Part shown: one piece after another, positions 49,957-58,941 of the stretch | Position numbering within the stretch: position 1 is the first letter of the stretch | Layout of the letters: the number at the start of each line of letters is the position of its first letter | Origin: Bacteriovoracia bacterium | GTDB taxonomy: Bacteria; Bdellovibrionota; UBA1018; JBFWNL01 | Direction: 5' to 3' | DNA length: 64,000 bases | Assembly: GCA_050251055.1 (NCBI GenBank) | Contig: JBFWNL010000001.1 | Coordinates: 139,825 to 203,824 of the forward strand | Notes under the pieces: model-generated | What the model was told of the DNA's origin: nothing | The model's database searches: none | What the model saw: only the letters and a program-made list of their open reading frames with translations | Position numbers and translations under genes: made by a program

Positions 49957-50407
49957 GGTAACCGTTGAAGGTTTGCGATTCGCCCTCACCCAGGGACAAT
50001 GCCACGTGAAGCGGGGTCTTGAGTTTATCGAAACCATACATAGTGGTGGGCTCGCTCGTCGTCGTCACCTTGAGCGGTTGGCTGGCGACGATGCGTACGC
50101 CTACCTCGGTATTGTCCCATTGATAGAACTCGGCCACTACGTGGGGACTTGATTTCGCCGGAAAGCGAAGCTGGAAATCGCCCGGAGGGCCGCTCTGGAG
50201 GGTGAACTCCAGTTTTTCGTTCCGGCTATAATAGGTCTTGTTTTCGTCGATCCAAATTTCGAAGCGCTGTTCGTGGCTCAGCAGCCCCTTCGTGAACTCG
50301 GTGAGCTTGCATTCGGCAAAAACGGTGAGCTGTTTCGGGGGTATGGGTTCAGCGGCCGCCCCCAGTAACAGGGGACACAAAGCCAAGAGACTTAATCTCA
50401 ACTTCAT
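49934..50407 (-). CDS. Hypothetical secreted protein
   Basis: AGGAG RBS; signal peptide MKLRLSLLALCPLLLGAAA. Confidence 0.7.
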   Translation of the reverse strand: MKLRLSLLALCPLLLGAAAEPIPPKQLTVFAECKLTEFTKGLLSHEQRFEIWIDENKTYYSRNEKLEFTLQSGPPGDFQLRFPAKSSPHVVAEFYQWDNTEVGVRIVASQPLKVTTTSEPTTMYGFDKLKTPLHVALSLGEGESQTFNGYLNCRRIP

Positions 50408-50489
50408 AGATGCTCCTATGGAATATTCCAGCGACCATGCCCGATCGAGGTGGGATTATAACGCTATGCATCAAAAGTCAAGATGAAGC

Positions 50490-51155
50490 CTAAGACGAAG
50501 GTTGAAACTTTTCGGGAGCGGAGCGGGAGCAGGGGGTAGTGGCAAGCGCGTTCTGGTAAGCACGAAACACGCACGGAAACGCTTCGAGTTTTAGTCCGCG
50601 GCGAAGGGCGTTGTAACATTGGGGGATGAGCGCAAGGTCCGCCATTGTTACGTGGTCCCCGACCGCGTGTTTGCCGGCAATGGGCGCGCAAAGCTTTTCG
50701 AAAGCCGCCAATCCCGCCTCGTTCCACTGCTGGGCCCACTTTCCCTGTTCCACCTCGTCGGAAGAATGCCTGCGCATGACGTTTAGATTCTGAATGGGCT
50801 GGGTGTCGGCGACGATCGTCAGCGCGAGCGCGCGCACGCGTCCCTTCAGGTAGGAATCCGTAGGGTAGAGCGGTGAGGTGGGATGGTTTTCTTCCAGCCA
50901 ATCGATGATGGCGAGAGACTGGGTGAGGAAGCGGCGGTCGGGATTGTTTTCGCCTAGGAACTCGAGCGTCGGCACGGATCCCAATGGGTTGCGCGCCAGG
51001 TTCTCGGCCGCCTTCTGCTCGCCCTTCAAAAGGTCGATGTGATTCAGCTCGGGCAGCGGCAGTCCCTTGTGGAGAAACGCCCAGCGCACACGCCAGCTGC
51101 AGGAGGAGCGCCAGTAATGATGGAGGCGCAGTCTCGGCGGTACGCCTGCGCTCAC
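50490..51155 (-). CDS. maiA: Maleylacetoacetate isomerase (zeta-class GST)
   Basis: YWRSSCSWRVR, TQSLAII and DTQPIQNL; GTGA overlap with the FAH gene. Confidence 0.9.
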   Translation of the reverse strand: MSAGVPPRLRLHHYWRSSCSWRVRWAFLHKGLPLPELNHIDLLKGEQKAAENLARNPLGSVPTLEFLGENNPDRRFLTQSLAIIDWLEENHPTSPLYPTDSYLKGRVRALALTIVADTQPIQNLNVMRRHSSDEVEQGKWAQQWNEAGLAAFEKLCAPIAGKHAVGDHVTMADLALIPQCYNALRRGLKLEAFPCVFRAYQNALATTPCSRSAPEKFQPSS

Positions 51156-52207
51156 CGCGAAACCTCTTCGGCCGTTATGGTGTTTTGTAGACGTCCGAGA
51201 CCCGTAACGAGCAGGTCGACCCGGTCGCCAGGCTTGAGCCATTGGTTATCGGTGATCTTCGAGCCGTTTAACTCCAGAAAACAGCCAGTGCCTACCGTGC
51301 CGGAGCCGATGACTTCGCCAGGCTGTAGGGTCACCCCGTAGCTCACGCGCTCAATAATCTGCGCGTAAGTCCAGGTCATATCTTTCTGATTGCCATCCGA
51401 CACCAGTTTGTCATTCACCCAGCACTGCATGCGGAGATCAAAACGCTCGCCGTTCGGTCCGGCCTGACGATAACTTGCGAGCTCGTCGCGCGTCACCAGA
51501 TAAGGCCCGAGCGAAGTCGCGAAGTCCTTACCCTTGGCGGGGCCCAGGTTGAGCTTCATTTCCTCCATCTGAAGGTGACGGGCCGACCAGTCGTTCATGA
51601 TCGTATAGCCGAAGATGTGGTCGTCGGCGTCTTTCGCGGCGATATTCCGGCCGCCCTTGCCGATGACGATCGCGGTTTCGAGTTCGAAGTCGAGCTTCTC
51701 GCGAGCAAGCGGCATGACCGGAATGGGGCCTGGGCCGGTGACGGCAAGATGGTTCGTATAATAGAAAATCGGGAAGTGATCGAATTCAGGAATCATCGGC
51801 ACGCCCCGGTTCCGGCGGGCAGCCTCCACGTGTTGGCGGAAAGCGTAGCCGTCGCGCATGGAGGGAGGATTGGGGAGTGGCGAGTGCAGGGTAGCGAGTT
51901 TTTCCGGGTAGAGCATCGACTGTGGAATCTGCTTGGCGGAAAACGCCGCGCGCACCTTTTCGCAGGCCAAGAGCGACGCGGGCGCCTGCTGGATAATCGT
52001 GAGCATCCCTTCCCGCGTGGCGGGGATGATCGTCGGCGCGGGAAGCCCGGCGGGATCGCGGCGGTAAACGAATTCATAGGCTTCGGCGAGATCTATAATG
52101 ATCCCGTTGGCGGCATCGTCTTGCTGTTCCGGGCTGGGGGAGTCCGTCACCCGGAGTCCAGGCCGTGCACCGGGCTTTCCGGGGCGAGAAAAAGTCACGA
52201 ATTTCAT
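51152..52207 (-). CDS. Fumarylacetoacetate hydrolase family protein
   Basis: RDGYAFRQHV, LDFELE, NDWSAR, KGKDF and GSGTVG. Confidence 0.92.
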   Translation of the reverse strand: MKFVTFSRPGKPGARPGLRVTDSPSPEQQDDAANGIIIDLAEAYEFVYRRDPAGLPAPTIIPATREGMLTIIQQAPASLLACEKVRAAFSAKQIPQSMLYPEKLATLHSPLPNPPSMRDGYAFRQHVEAARRNRGVPMIPEFDHFPIFYYTNHLAVTGPGPIPVMPLAREKLDFELETAIVIGKGGRNIAAKDADDHIFGYTIMNDWSARHLQMEEMKLNLGPAKGKDFATSLGPYLVTRDELASYRQAGPNGERFDLRMQCWVNDKLVSDGNQKDMTWTYAQIIERVSYGVTLQPGEVIGSGTVGTGCFLELNGSKITDNQWLKPGDRVDLLVTGLGRLQNTITAEEVSR

Positions 52208-52334
52208 AGGGTAGCGACTTTACGTCGGGGGGTGAGGAGCGGCAAGAAAAATGGTTGCGCATCCGATGCGGAACGTCATAAGTCTGCGCTAAATCAGGGA
52301 TTCAAGATTGTTTTGAGGATAGGAGAGGGCGCGT

Positions 52335-53696
52335 ATGGATAGGGATCACACGGTTCGGTTGGCGAAGCTAGCAGTGGCGTCGTTCGTGCTGACGGCGGCG
52401 GGGACGGCACAAGCCGGATATTTCGGGAGCCGGGGCTTGGACGGGTTTAATGGCACGAGCGGCATGAATGGTCGTGACGGGCAGAGTGCGGCGGTTTTCG
52501 CCGACGGACGTTCGCTTACGCTGGATCTGCGTGGAACCGATGGCGGCGACGGTACGGATGGCCGCCCGGGTGGGGATGCAAGCTTTTGCTTTCAGCCCTA
52601 TAACGCGATGGAAGATCTCTGGGGCGCGGAAGGCGGAGACGGCGGCAATGGCGGATGGGGTGGCAATGGCGGCAACGGTGGGGAGCTCACGGTCTTTGTC
52701 GAGGACTTAACGAACTTAGGCAAGATCCGCGTGGATCAAACGCCAGGCCGTGGCGGCAAGGGCGGCAATGAATTCCGTCGAGTCGAAGGCGGTGACGGCT
52801 GTCGCTGCTCGCAGTGGTCTTGGACGGTACGCGTTTGCGATAACTACAATCCTCCGAACTGTGTCTACCGCACGTACTATTGCCGCGAAGGCGCGCGGGG
52901 GCGGGACGGATCGCGGGGCGTGATGGGTAGCCCCGGACAGTACGGCAACATCGTGCTGGTGCCCGGTCGCGCGGACATTCCTCCGCAGGCGCCGGAAACC
53001 ACGCTGCCCGTGGACGACACCCTGACCAAAAAAGAAGTGATATTGACCCGTAACCGCTTCAGTCGTCAGGGTGGCGCGCTGGAGCTCTTCGCGCCAGGAT
53101 CGCAAATTCGCGACGACTACTACCGCTTTGAAAAGCTCGAGACCCGTACGGTGACTTTCCTCTGGAATTCCCCGCGCCCGATCACGGACTTCGCCAACCA
53201 GCGCCTCACCCTCGCCTTCTCGCGAGAGTACACGGTAGGGCTGCAGGTGCCATCGGCGCTTTGGTGGGATATCCAGCGCACGGATGCTTCCGAGCGCGTG
53301 CTCTACGACGTGAAGCAAGCGGTGTTTCGCACCGAAGCCATGGGGTTGCGGCTGGGCGCGCTCAAGGGAAGCGGCAAGGACCTGGAGCTCGCGGTGGACG
53401 ACCCGGCCGGCGTATCTGACGTGGTGGCGACGGAGTACGAGCTGGAATTCGAAACTTGGGAAATTTTGAAGTACAAGAGCCGGTTCAACGCCAAGCTCGA
53501 CGCGAACCTGGTGCAGGTCGGTAAGAATCAGTCGGTGATTTACCTGGGCAAGCTGATCGACGTGGCTAAGATACCGGATAAGTATTTCAAGGCGAAGAAA
53601 AAGATCCGCATCACCTTGCGCGCCAAACGGTCGCTCGGCCGTCATGCCGAGACTTGGCAGCAGACGGAAGTAAAGCTCGAGATCCCGAAGTCCTGA
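52335..53696 (+). CDS. Secreted Gly-rich collagen-like repeat protein with Cys-rich insert
   Basis: AGGAG RBS; signal peptide; G-x-x repeats; GCRCSQW...C...C...C segment. Confidence 0.85.
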   Translation: MDRDHTVRLAKLAVASFVLTAAGTAQAGYFGSRGLDGFNGTSGMNGRDGQSAAVFADGRSLTLDLRGTDGGDGTDGRPGGDASFCFQPYNAMEDLWGAEGGDGGNGGWGGNGGNGGELTVFVEDLTNLGKIRVDQTPGRGGKGGNEFRRVEGGDGCRCSQWSWTVRVCDNYNPPNCVYRTYYCREGARGRDGSRGVMGSPGQYGNIVLVPGRADIPPQAPETTLPVDDTLTKKEVILTRNRFSRQGGALELFAPGSQIRDDYYRFEKLETRTVTFLWNSPRPITDFANQRLTLAFSREYTVGLQVPSALWWDIQRTDASERVLYDVKQAVFRTEAMGLRLGALKGSGKDLELAVDDPAGVSDVVATEYELEFETWEILKYKSRFNAKLDANLVQVGKNQSVIYLGKLIDVAKIPDKYFKAKKKIRITLRAKRSLGRHAETWQQTEVKLEIPKS

Positions 53697-53726
53697 CGGG
53701 TAGCGAATCGGGATTCCTAAAAAGAC

Positions 53727-53760
53727 AAAGGCCACTTACTCGCGAGAGTAAGTGGCCTTT
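53727..53760. terminator. Bidirectional intrinsic terminator
   Basis: AAAGGCCACTTACTC-GCGA-GAGTAAGTGGCCTTT perfect stem between convergent genes. Confidence 0.85.
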
Positions 53761-53781
53761 ATACTTTCTAAAACTAAGCGA

Positions 53782-54135
53782 TTACCAGAAGCGCTTGTTC
53801 GCGAAGGTGTCCTTCAGGGTGCGAGGGAAGGACCAGCGGGGCTTCTTGGTGGCCGGACGAGCCTTGATGGTCATCGGTTCGCCAGTGAAGGGGTTCACGC
53901 CCTTGCCGGACTTGCGAGCCTTGACGTCCTTACGCACGAGCGCGCCGATTACGGGGAAACGAACGCGTTCGCCCGAGGCAGCGATCTTGGCGCCGTTTTC
54001 GAAAGCGGATTCGATGACCTGACGGAGGTCAGCGCGCTTGATGCGGGTCGTGCCGGAGCGGGTAACGGTAGCGTGCTTCATGACGCCTTCGAATACTTCG
54101 TTCACGAACGACCATTTCTTTTTGCTTTTAGCCAT
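53782..54135 (-). CDS. HU/IHF-family DNA-binding protein (divergent)
   Basis: KARKSGKGVNPFTGEPMTIKARPA arm motif. Confidence 0.88.
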   Translation of the reverse strand: MAKSKKKWSFVNEVFEGVMKHATVTRSGTTRIKRADLRQVIESAFENGAKIAASGERVRFPVIGALVRKDVKARKSGKGVNPFTGEPMTIKARPATKKPRWSFPRTLKDTFANKRFW

Positions 54136-54289
54136 TTTCAAATTCTCCTAATTTACGAGTTTCAACTGCTTCAAAAGTTGTAGTGACGTTTAGCGGAGGT
54201 TTCAAGGGGTTTTTTGCAAATAATGAAAATATTCCCATTCGGACCCCTAATGCGAATCGGCCCGGGTCAAAAAAACGTGCAAAAATCCC

Positions 54290-54346
54290 GGAAAAAACGC
54301 CTTTTTTGCAAGGTTTAAAAATAGACGCAAAAATGGCGTTTTTTCC
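54290..54346. repeat. 20-bp inverted repeat (19/20) within phased A/T tracts
   Basis: GGAAAAAACGCCTTTTTTGC-N17-GCAAAAATGGCGTTTTTTCC. Confidence 0.75.
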
Positions 54347-54469
54347 CTGAAAAAGCGCACATGCGGGGGATTTGGTGGTTTTGCCCGGTTTTTTTGGCGG
54401 CTTTCTTGAAATCCGGGGAGATTCCGCTTTTGCGTCGCGATGGCCAAAGATCGGTGCTAGGCTCCCCGC

Positions 54470-55150
54470 GTGGCATCTCCCTTGATCAAGGCAGTAATCT
54501 TCGACCTAGACGGCACGATTGTCGATACCGAACCGTTGGCGGCACGCATCGTAAAGGCGTACTACGCCGAAAAAGGCGTGGCGCTATCGCCCGAGGACGC
54601 CCAGTACACGAATGGGAAGAAGTGGGAAGTCGCGCTAGAGTACCTTTTCAAGAAACATCCCATCGAAGTCGCGATGGAACAAATCAGCCACGAAATTTTG
54701 ACGCGGTATCAAGCGGCCCTCGCGGGCGGCGTCCCGGTGGTGCCGGGCGTGGCAGCGGCGATTCGTAACTTCGCTCAAACCTACCCGCTGGCGCTCGTTT
54801 CGGGCTCACACCGCCGCGATATCCTTTTCCTGCTCGAACAAGTCCAGGTCCGCGAGTGTTTCCAGGTCGTGCTCGGCGCCGAAGACTACCCTCGGAGCAA
54901 ACCCGCTCCGGACGGTTATCTGAAGGCCATGTCGATACTGGGGATTGGCCCGGGGGAGGCAGTCGTGTTCGAAGACTCCCAGGTTGGATTAGCCTCGGCA
55001 AAAGCGGCGGGTTTGGTCGCGGTGGCGATCACGAGCACGAATCATTTCAACCAGAGCTACGCCCAGGCCGACGTGCGCATTCCCGACTTCCAAGGCGTGG
55101 ACCGCGATTGGCTGGCTAAACTTCAATCTGAACGGCATTCGATTCCTTGA
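54470..55150 (+). CDS. HAD-family phosphatase (beta-PGM/CbbY-like)
   Basis: FDLDGT, KPAPD and FEDS motifs. Confidence 0.92.
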   Translation: MASPLIKAVIFDLDGTIVDTEPLAARIVKAYYAEKGVALSPEDAQYTNGKKWEVALEYLFKKHPIEVAMEQISHEILTRYQAALAGGVPVVPGVAAAIRNFAQTYPLALVSGSHRRDILFLLEQVQVRECFQVVLGAEDYPRSKPAPDGYLKAMSILGIGPGEAVVFEDSQVGLASAKAAGLVAVAITSTNHFNQSYAQADVRIPDFQGVDRDWLAKLQSERHSIP

Positions 55151-55856
55151 TGCGGACAAGGATATCGCGCAGCAGCTCAAGGAAGGCGTTCTTGTTGTCT
55201 TCGTCCACCTTCGTGAAGCGGATGCCGAAGTAACGGATGACGTTGCCGTTGCCGGGGTTGATTTCCTCCAGAACGCGGCATACGAGCCCTTGGACGGAAA
55301 TTTGAATCGAAAAATCCCCGCGAGGTTCCAGGTGCAACGTAAGCTTGGAGCCCGGCACGATGGTCACCGCGAATGGGCTCTCGCTCGCCACGAGCACCCC
55401 GCCCAGGCTTAAGTTCCGAACGGCGAAGATGATGGGCGGGGATTCCCGGTCGTTGGCGTGGTTTCCGAGAATCTGCAAGGGATAGGTTTGGATCCGGTTG
55501 GAAGAAGGGATGCGTGGATACTTGCGGATGTAATTCGTGGGGAACAGCCCATGCTTGAGGATGAGATCGCCCAAGGTTTTGCGGGACTGGTCATCCAGGA
55601 TAAAACGCAACCCCATGTATTCTCCGTAGGCCGTCTGCTCCCGGGTGATGTAGGCGCCGGCTTGGAGGATCATCGCCTTGGGCTGCTCGATCGTGATTTT
55701 CACCTGTACCCGGGTGGCGAAGTGTTTCTGCGGATTGAGGGGCGTCCACGGTAGCCCCGTCACCCCAAATACGGAGACGTACTTGTTCTTGAAGTGCATC
55801 GTGATTTCGCCCACCTTGAACTCGAGGTGGCCGCGGATGAAAATGGGCGGATTCAT
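55116..55856 (-). CDS. PilZ domain protein
   Basis: RKYPR and NLSLGG motifs; GIRF end strand. Confidence 0.82.
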   Translation of the reverse strand: MNPPIFIRGHLEFKVGEITMHFKNKYVSVFGVTGLPWTPLNPQKHFATRVQVKITIEQPKAMILQAGAYITREQTAYGEYMGLRFILDDQSRKTLGDLILKHGLFPTNYIRKYPRIPSSNRIQTYPLQILGNHANDRESPPIIFAVRNLSLGGVLVASESPFAVTIVPGSKLTLHLEPRGDFSIQISVQGLVCRVLEEINPGNGNVIRYFGIRFTKVDEDNKNAFLELLRDILVRIKESNAVQIEV

Positions 55857-55907
55857 AGGTTCACCGGTAATTCTAGCCCTCTCGGCGCGCCTTCGCCAAA
55901 TATTTCT

Positions 55908-56873
55908 TTAGGGCGAAGCAGGGGAGGGAGCGGCGAGGAGATGCTTCCAAAGTGTCTCGTCCATCCAGAACCCGATGTCGCCGCGGTCGGTCGCGCTGGC
56001 CCAAAGCCCCTCTCCCGGGACTCGGCGGTATCTCAGCGAGGTAGTCTTTCCCTGTCGGTCGGCTAGGACGAGTTCGATCTCGGGTTCTTTTGGCGAGCGC
56101 CGGCCGCGTAGGCGTCGGTTCGTGGGAGCGTCGTCGACGAAGGTCTTGATCTGCGCCCCCAGGGTTCTCTCCAGCCACCCATAGGTGGATTCCGGCAAGG
56201 GCATTCCGTGACGGTCGGCCCAGCCACCGCTTTGTCTCTGGGCATAATAGCGAGGATGATTCGGCCGCCGCAGCTGAAACTCCACGATGTCGTCCAGCGG
56301 CCAAGCACTGAGGCGTTTTAGACGCCAATCGATCTCGCGGACGTGGTCGAGCAGCATGCGTGGGGCGACCCCCCGGATCTTCACGAGCACGGGCGTGCCC
56401 TTTTCCGGGTGATTCACCCGCGCGTAGCTTTCGCCGTCCGGGCCGGGCGCGGAAACTTCCAGATCGTAGCGTCTATCCATGCTTTCGGCCGAAAGGCGCA
56501 CGGCCGGAGGATTCAGTCCGGACGGCGGAGCGGCGCCTTCGGCGAGCACTTCCGTCACGGCTAGATCCTTGAGCACGTCCAAGAGATGTTCGACGAAAAT
56601 CGAGTCGGCCGCGGAGTCCAAGCCCGAGTGGATGCGCCAACCCTTTTCCCCGCGCGTGAGGGTGAGCGTCAAGGCGGCTTCCTGCGGTAGGAGGTATTCG
56701 ACCTTGAGCGCACGGATCTGCGCCGGCTGAAAGAAGAGCGGTTTTTCGCCGACCCGAAACGCCGGGGGCGCGGGGCGCGTGCAGCTCGCGGCCATTCCAA
56801 TCGTGGCCACAAAAAGCGCCGAACGGAGTGGCCAAAGAAGGGGACGAAAGACGGGAAAAAGCCGGGTTTTCAC
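55908..56873 (-). CDS. DUF4340-like lipoprotein
   Basis: MAASC lipobox; GWRI...ADSIFVEHLL...GLNPP pattern. Confidence 0.65.
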   Translation of the reverse strand: MKTRLFPVFRPLLWPLRSALFVATIGMAASCTRPAPPAFRVGEKPLFFQPAQIRALKVEYLLPQEAALTLTLTRGEKGWRIHSGLDSAADSIFVEHLLDVLKDLAVTEVLAEGAAPPSGLNPPAVRLSAESMDRRYDLEVSAPGPDGESYARVNHPEKGTPVLVKIRGVAPRMLLDHVREIDWRLKRLSAWPLDDIVEFQLRRPNHPRYYAQRQSGGWADRHGMPLPESTYGWLERTLGAQIKTFVDDAPTNRRLRGRRSPKEPEIELVLADRQGKTTSLRYRRVPGEGLWASATDRGDIGFWMDETLWKHLLAAPSPASP

Positions 56874-56916
56874 AAGATTGACATCCTATGTACCGCCGAT
56901 TACGGTGGCAAGGCAA

Positions 56917-57558
56917 ATGGAGATCTGGACTCTTTTAAAAAGCGGTGGCTTCGTCATGGCGCCCTTGGTCGCGTGCTCGCTCGCGCTCTGGTGGGTGGTC
57001 TTCGAGCGCTTCTTTCGGATGCGGCGGATGCGCGAGGCTTTGCGCGGTTTTCAGGCGGACGCCACGCAGGTCTTGCTCACGGGAGACGCTCAGAGCGTCC
57101 GCGCACTTTGCCTGAAAGCGGGAGTCTTACCTACGGCGCAGCTCGTGACGGTGGCGATGGATCGCTTGAGCGCGAAGGATGACCAGTTGCGTACCACTTG
57201 GCGAGCGGCCGTCGAGCGGCGGCGTCAGGTCGTGAACCAGGATCTGCGCCAAAACCTTTGGGTATTGGGCACGATCGCCAGTTCGGCGCCGTTTATTGGC
57301 CTCTTTGGGACCGTGGTCGGGATCCTGCGCTCGTTCAAGGACATCGCCGAGACGGGCAAGGGCGGTTTCGCGATCGTCGCCTCCGGCATTTCCGAAGCGT
57401 TGATCGCCACGGCGGCCGGGATCTTGGTCGCCGTCATCGCGCTCATCGCTTTCAACGCCTTTCAGACGCGATGGTCCTCGCTGGTATTCGTGATCCGCAT
57501 CCAGACCGAAGAGCTTCTCGAGCTCATCGAGAGGGCGAAATGGCATTCGGAGGCCTAA
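56917..57558 (+). CDS. MotA/TolQ/ExbB proton channel family protein
   Basis: LGTIASSAPFIGLFGTVVGI and GISEALIATAAG; TTGACA-N17-TACGGT just upstream. Confidence 0.93.
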   Translation: MEIWTLLKSGGFVMAPLVACSLALWWVVFERFFRMRRMREALRGFQADATQVLLTGDAQSVRALCLKAGVLPTAQLVTVAMDRLSAKDDQLRTTWRAAVERRRQVVNQDLRQNLWVLGTIASSAPFIGLFGTVVGILRSFKDIAETGKGGFAIVASGISEALIATAAGILVAVIALIAFNAFQTRWSSLVFVIRIQTEELLELIERAKWHSEA

Positions 57559-58004
57559 GCCCACGTCCGGGGGACGCCGATCTGGGAGATGACGATGCCC
57601 CGATCATGGCGGAGATCAACATCACGCCGCTCACGGACATTTTTCTGGTGCTTCTGATTATTTTCATGGTGACGAGTTCCGTGATGTCCCAGACGGGCGT
57701 CGACGTCGACTTGCCGAAAGCGAGTGAGGCTACGAGCGCGGCGCAGCCCGAGGGCACGATCGTGACTCTGCTCGCCGACGGAGGGCTACTGGTGAATGGC
57801 CAGCGCGTGCCTAGCGCGGGTGGCGCGGTGGACTGGGCCGCGTTCCGCGCCGATTTGAAGCGCGCGTTTAGCGGCGCCAAGTCCCGCTCCGTGATCCTGG
57901 AAGGGGACCGCAAGGCGTTCCTGGGAGCGGCGGTCGAGCTAATGGACGAAGCGCGCCAGGCGGGCGCGGAAGGGTTTGCGATCGCCACCGCGGCCGGAAA
58001 ATAG
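57540..58004 (+). CDS. ExbD/TolR family protein
   Basis: EINITPLTDIFLVLLIIFMV signature. Confidence 0.93.
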   Translation: MAFGGLSPRPGDADLGDDDAPIMAEINITPLTDIFLVLLIIFMVTSSVMSQTGVDVDLPKASEATSAAQPEGTIVTLLADGGLLVNGQRVPSAGGAVDWAAFRADLKRAFSGAKSRSVILEGDRKAFLGAAVELMDEARQAGAEGFAIATAAGK

Positions 58005-58033
58005 GCGGTCCGCCGCTTGCTGACACCGGGCTC

Positions 58034-58438
58034 ATGCGAGAGCTCCCGCCCCCCTCGATTCCTAAGCGTGTTTTCGGCCATCAAATCGAAACTCAAGCCC
58101 TCGCTTTTCTGGTGGAACGCGCGGAGGGGAGCTGGAAGCTTCTGGCCAGAAACTACTTTTCCCACCGCGGGGAAATTGACCTGGTGCTTGAGGAAGCCCG
58201 GCCAAATGGCCGGATTGAATTGGTTTTCGTGGAGGTCCGGATGCGCGCGCGCGCAGGATGGGTGAGCGCCCTCGAGAGCGTGGGGGCCGAGAAGCGCAGG
58301 CGCTTGCAATGGACGGCCCGGCGCTTTCTCGCGGCTTACCGCGGCCCGGCCACTAGCTTACGCTTCGATATCTTGGGGTGGGATGGAAAGCAGTGGCTCC
58401 ACGTCCCGAACGCTTGGTCGGTCGACGGTCCGTCGTAA
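58034..58438 (+). CDS. YraN family (UPF0102) protein
   Basis: RNY...GEIDL...LVFVEVR...RFDI. Confidence 0.9.
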   Translation: MRELPPPSIPKRVFGHQIETQALAFLVERAEGSWKLLARNYFSHRGEIDLVLEEARPNGRIELVFVEVRMRARAGWVSALESVGAEKRRRLQWTARRFLAAYRGPATSLRFDILGWDGKQWLHVPNAWSVDGPS

Positions 58439-58457
58439 TCCAGGTACAATAGTACTC

Positions 58458-58931
58458 ATGAAACGATGGCCTAGAAGCCTGCGGTCGATTTCGCTCGTGA
58501 GTCTTATGGTTTGCGCCCTGGTCTGGCCGTCCACGCCCGCGCGGGCCGAGAAGTCGGACGCGACGATCCTACTCACCACGACACTCTACGGGACCTTGGC
58601 GGGCACGGCCCTGGGACTGGTGACCTATCCCTTCACGCAGACGCATCAGTCGATTCTCATCGGCGCGGGCGTCGGGCTGGTCCTGGGAATCATCGTGGGC
58701 ATCTACCACGTCAACCACCGCGAAGATCCAAACAACCCGCTACGGGGAGAGTTGCGATTGGCGCCGAAAGAGGCGCTGACTTATGCGGCCGCCGCAGCGG
58801 CGGCCGGACCGGAGCTGACGCCTCCGGCGCTTATTCTGGCACAGGAGCCGACCTTCGCGCGCGCGCGCGAGCGTGCCAGGTTGGATTCCGGCGTCCATTT
58901 GATGGTTGCGTATCCGGTCTTTCGCTTTTAG
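58458..58931 (+). CDS. Hypothetical membrane protein (glycine-zipper helices)
   Basis: Signal peptide; YGTLAGTALG and GAGVGLVLGIIVG. Confidence 0.75.
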   Translation: MKRWPRSLRSISLVSLMVCALVWPSTPARAEKSDATILLTTTLYGTLAGTALGLVTYPFTQTHQSILIGAGVGLVLGIIVGIYHVNHREDPNNPLRGELRLAPKEALTYAAAAAAAGPELTPPALILAQEPTFARARERARLDSGVHLMVAYPVFRF

Positions 58932-58941
58932 CTTAAGGGAA

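Noticed and set aside
52716-53735. 339-aa minus-strand ORF
   Set aside because: Antisense to the Gly-rich protein, which has an RBS, signal peptide and terminator
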